64,000 nucleotides of DNA, from the NCBI GenBank assembly GCA_039794085.1, contig JBDIWC010000002.1:32001-96000 (forward strand). The letters are read 5' to 3'. Both the position numbers and the translations under genes were made by a program. The stretch is from Gemmatimonadales bacterium (GTDB lineage Bacteria; Gemmatimonadota; Gemmatimonadetes; Gemmatimonadales; GWC2-71-9). The first letter of the stretch is position 1, and each line of letters begins with the position of its first letter. A model generated the notes under the pieces. The model was not told the DNA's origin. It ran no database searches and worked only from the letters and a program-made list of their open reading frames with translations. This document shows, in pieces, positions 62,303 to 64,000 of this stretch.

Positions 62303-62740
62303 CTACCAGCACGCGGGGACACCCTCCACCCGGACATTTCGATTGGGCGAGTTGGACACGGGTCCCGCAAAGATCCCACACCGGCGGGGAGCTGTGCGCA
62401 AGGCTGGATTGGTGGCGGTGGCGTTCCACCCCGTGGGGCGTCGCCGGACTCGAATCACATTGGCCCCGGAGGGAACGAAGGAGATCCGTCCCCTCCCGCG
62501 CACTCCATTGATGGTCGGTCCCGCAGTCAGACCGCCGGCGTAGTCGCCGTTGGTGCTGAAGAAGGCCTCCTGCATGGGCACCAGGTTCCGGAGGTCGGAA
62601 ACCATTGTGGTCCGAAGCGCCCGTTCCTTCTGTTGTCCGCTTTTGATGATGGCGATGCTGGCCAGCACCGAAAGAATGCCGAACACCGTCATCAGTTCGA
62701 TCAGGGTAAAGCCGCGGCGGTTCACGAGATCCTCCGGCAT
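62303..62740 (-). CDS. Type IV pilin / pseudopilin
   Basis: RRG|FTLIELMTV prepilin motif, SDLRNL..QEAFF helix, C-terminal Cys pair. Confidence 0.9.
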   Translation of the reverse strand: MPEDLVNRRGFTLIELMTVFGILSVLASIAIIKSGQQKERALRTTMVSDLRNLVPMQEAFFSTNGDYAGGLTAGPTINGVRGRGRISFVPSGANVIRVRRRPTGWNATATNPALRTAPRRCGIFAGPVSNSPNRNVRVEGVPACW

Positions 62741-62782
62741 GAGAAGTGCTGAGACGGCAAGTGTCCCTCTTCGGCACGGACT

Positions 62783-62812
62783 AGTGTAGCATGGGTGCGA
62801 GATTCCGGTCAA
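62783..62812 (-). promoter_or_regulatory. sigma70-type promoter of the pilin gene
   Basis: Minus strand TTGACC-N18-TACACT with an extended TG. Confidence 0.6.
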
Positions 62813-62859
62813 ACGGTTCCGGTCGACGAGGCGTTTTGCCTCCTCCTCAAGAGTGAGAC

Positions 62860-63231
62860 ATGGCACGGATATTCATCGTCGAGGACAGCAGCGACAACAT
62901 GAGGCTCTTCCAGGCCGTTCTCCGGCTCCAGGGCCACGAGATTCGGGGGGTGGCGGACGGAACCGGCCTCCAGGAGGCACTGGAATCGTTTGCCCCCCAC
63001 CTGGTGCTCATGGACATCCAGCTCCCGGGCAAGGACGGCTACGAACTGCTCCGGGAGATTCGCGCCTTGACGGCTCCGGTCCGGACGGTGCGCGTCCTCG
63101 CGCTCACCGCCCACGCCATGTCCGGAGATGAGCAGAAGGTTCTCGAGGCGGGATTCGATGGATACATCACGAAACCGATCTCGGTGGCGACATTCCCGAG
63201 CCAGATTCAGGAGGCGCTCGACTCCGCATGA
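62860..63231 (+). CDS. Single-domain response regulator (CheY/DivK-like)
   Basis: IVED, LMDIQLPGKDG, LTAHAM, GFDGYITKP. Confidence 0.93.
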   Translation: MARIFIVEDSSDNMRLFQAVLRLQGHEIRGVADGTGLQEALESFAPHLVLMDIQLPGKDGYELLREIRALTAPVRTVRVLALTAHAMSGDEQKVLEAGFDGYITKPISVATFPSQIQEALDSA

Positions 63232-63728
63232 CCTACGCCCAGCCCCGGGGACCGCACACGGATTCGAAATCCGCTCTTCTGCAGGCGGCGGAGGCAGCCG
63301 TGGCGGCTTCCCCTTCAACACTCCCCGTCCGGGAACCCCGCCGGAACGACCGCCGGCGTGGCCTTCTTCCACTCCTTTTGATCGTGGGAGGTGCATGTGG
63401 CGTCTTGCTGGTGGCACGGCCCTCCTGGCTGTCCACTCCGCCCCCTCTCCCGGAGCCTCCGGTCATCGCCGAAGCCTCCGCTCGCATGACCCTGGTTCGT
63501 GAGGCGGAGCGCATCCGATCCTACCGCGACTCCCTCGGCCGGCTCCCGTCCACGCTCGCCGAGGCGGGCGGACCCGGTGAGAGTGATGTGGTGTATTCCT
63601 CCAGCCCCGATGGGACCTTCACCCTGCGCCTGGCGACCGACGGACGCCTCGTCCTGCACAGCACGGATAACGCCACGGAGTTTCTGGGGGCCAGCTATGA
63701 ATCCCTCCTCCAGAGGGGGTCTCGATGA
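63228..63728 (+). CDS. Hypothetical single-TM protein (paralog of 61575-62060)
   Basis: ATGA overlaps on both sides; one TM, PSWL, EASARM, GRLPSTL, LHSTD...FLGAS. Confidence 0.78.
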   Translation: MTYAQPRGPHTDSKSALLQAAEAAVAASPSTLPVREPRRNDRRRGLLPLLLIVGGACGVLLVARPSWLSTPPPLPEPPVIAEASARMTLVREAERIRSYRDSLGRLPSTLAEAGGPGESDVVYSSSPDGTFTLRLATDGRLVLHSTDNATEFLGASYESLLQRGSR

Positions 63729-64000
63729 GGAGTGACCGAAGGGGATTCACCCTCATCGAACTCTTCACCGTGGTGATTGTCGTGGGTCTCCTGGCTTCCC
63801 TCGCCACGATGAAGTATGTGGATTTGAAACGCTCGGCGCTCGTCACGTCCATCGCCGCCGACATGCGGGCGGTCCAGCTCGCCGTCTTCAATCATTGGGC
63901 GGATTTCCAGGCTTGGCCACCGGATTCCCCCGCCGGCGTGCTACCACCCGGCCTCGGTCCCTACCTGCCCGGAACCGTGCAGTGGGCGCCCACCACCCAT
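63725..64000 (+). CDS. Type IV pilin / pseudopilin (3' end outside window; absent from the ORF track)
   Basis: ATG 63725 reads MRSDRRG|FTLIELFTVVIVVGLLASLA...; open to the window end. Confidence 0.9.
   Translation, partial: MRSDRRGFTLIELFTVVIVVGLLASLATMKYVDLKRSALVTSIAADMRAVQLAVFNHWADFQAWPPDSPAGVLPPGLGPYLPGTVQWAPTTH

Noticed and set aside
62861..62876. TGGCACGGATATTCAT resembling a sigma54 promoter near pilins
   Set aside because: It lacks the -12 GC and is the coding start (MARIF) of the response regulator.

Overview
GC-rich bacterial chromosomal window, most likely Gemmatimonadota (an inference from gene order, the tmRNA tag ANSNLAMAA and the pilin/beta-barrel style). It is mostly housekeeping: 'purL-purF-ppdK-purE-purK on +; then, on -, aroA-cmk-rpsA, pccB-accC-rlmD-BCCP, rplM-rpsI-rpsB-tsf-pyrH-frr-uppS-cdsA-dxr-rseP, rpsO-pnp-M16 peptidase-ald-dut, mreBCD-mrdA-rodA, accD-folC-hisS-proS-lysA-guaA, dusB-larB-corA-GGDEF, tmRNA and NfeD-flotillin-Zn metalloprotease. 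A type IV pilin/PilB-REC locus runs off the right end. The most notable accessory signals are: (1) a lower-GC islet beside ssrA whose Cys-rich lipoprotein is frameshifted by a G16 tract just after its lipobox (candidate phase-variable switch, or a homopolymer error), paired with a small outer-membrane beta-barrel; (2) a PilB/GspE ATPase fused to a receiver domain, with a repeated REC / pilin-like anchor paralog / pilin arrangement; (3) a ~1.1 kb non-coding mosaic repeat array plus several dispersed REP-like inverted-repeat families that sit at accessory-gene junctions. I found no CRISPR array, integrase, transposase, rRNA or tRNA. All calls come from motif recognition by eye; no searches were run.
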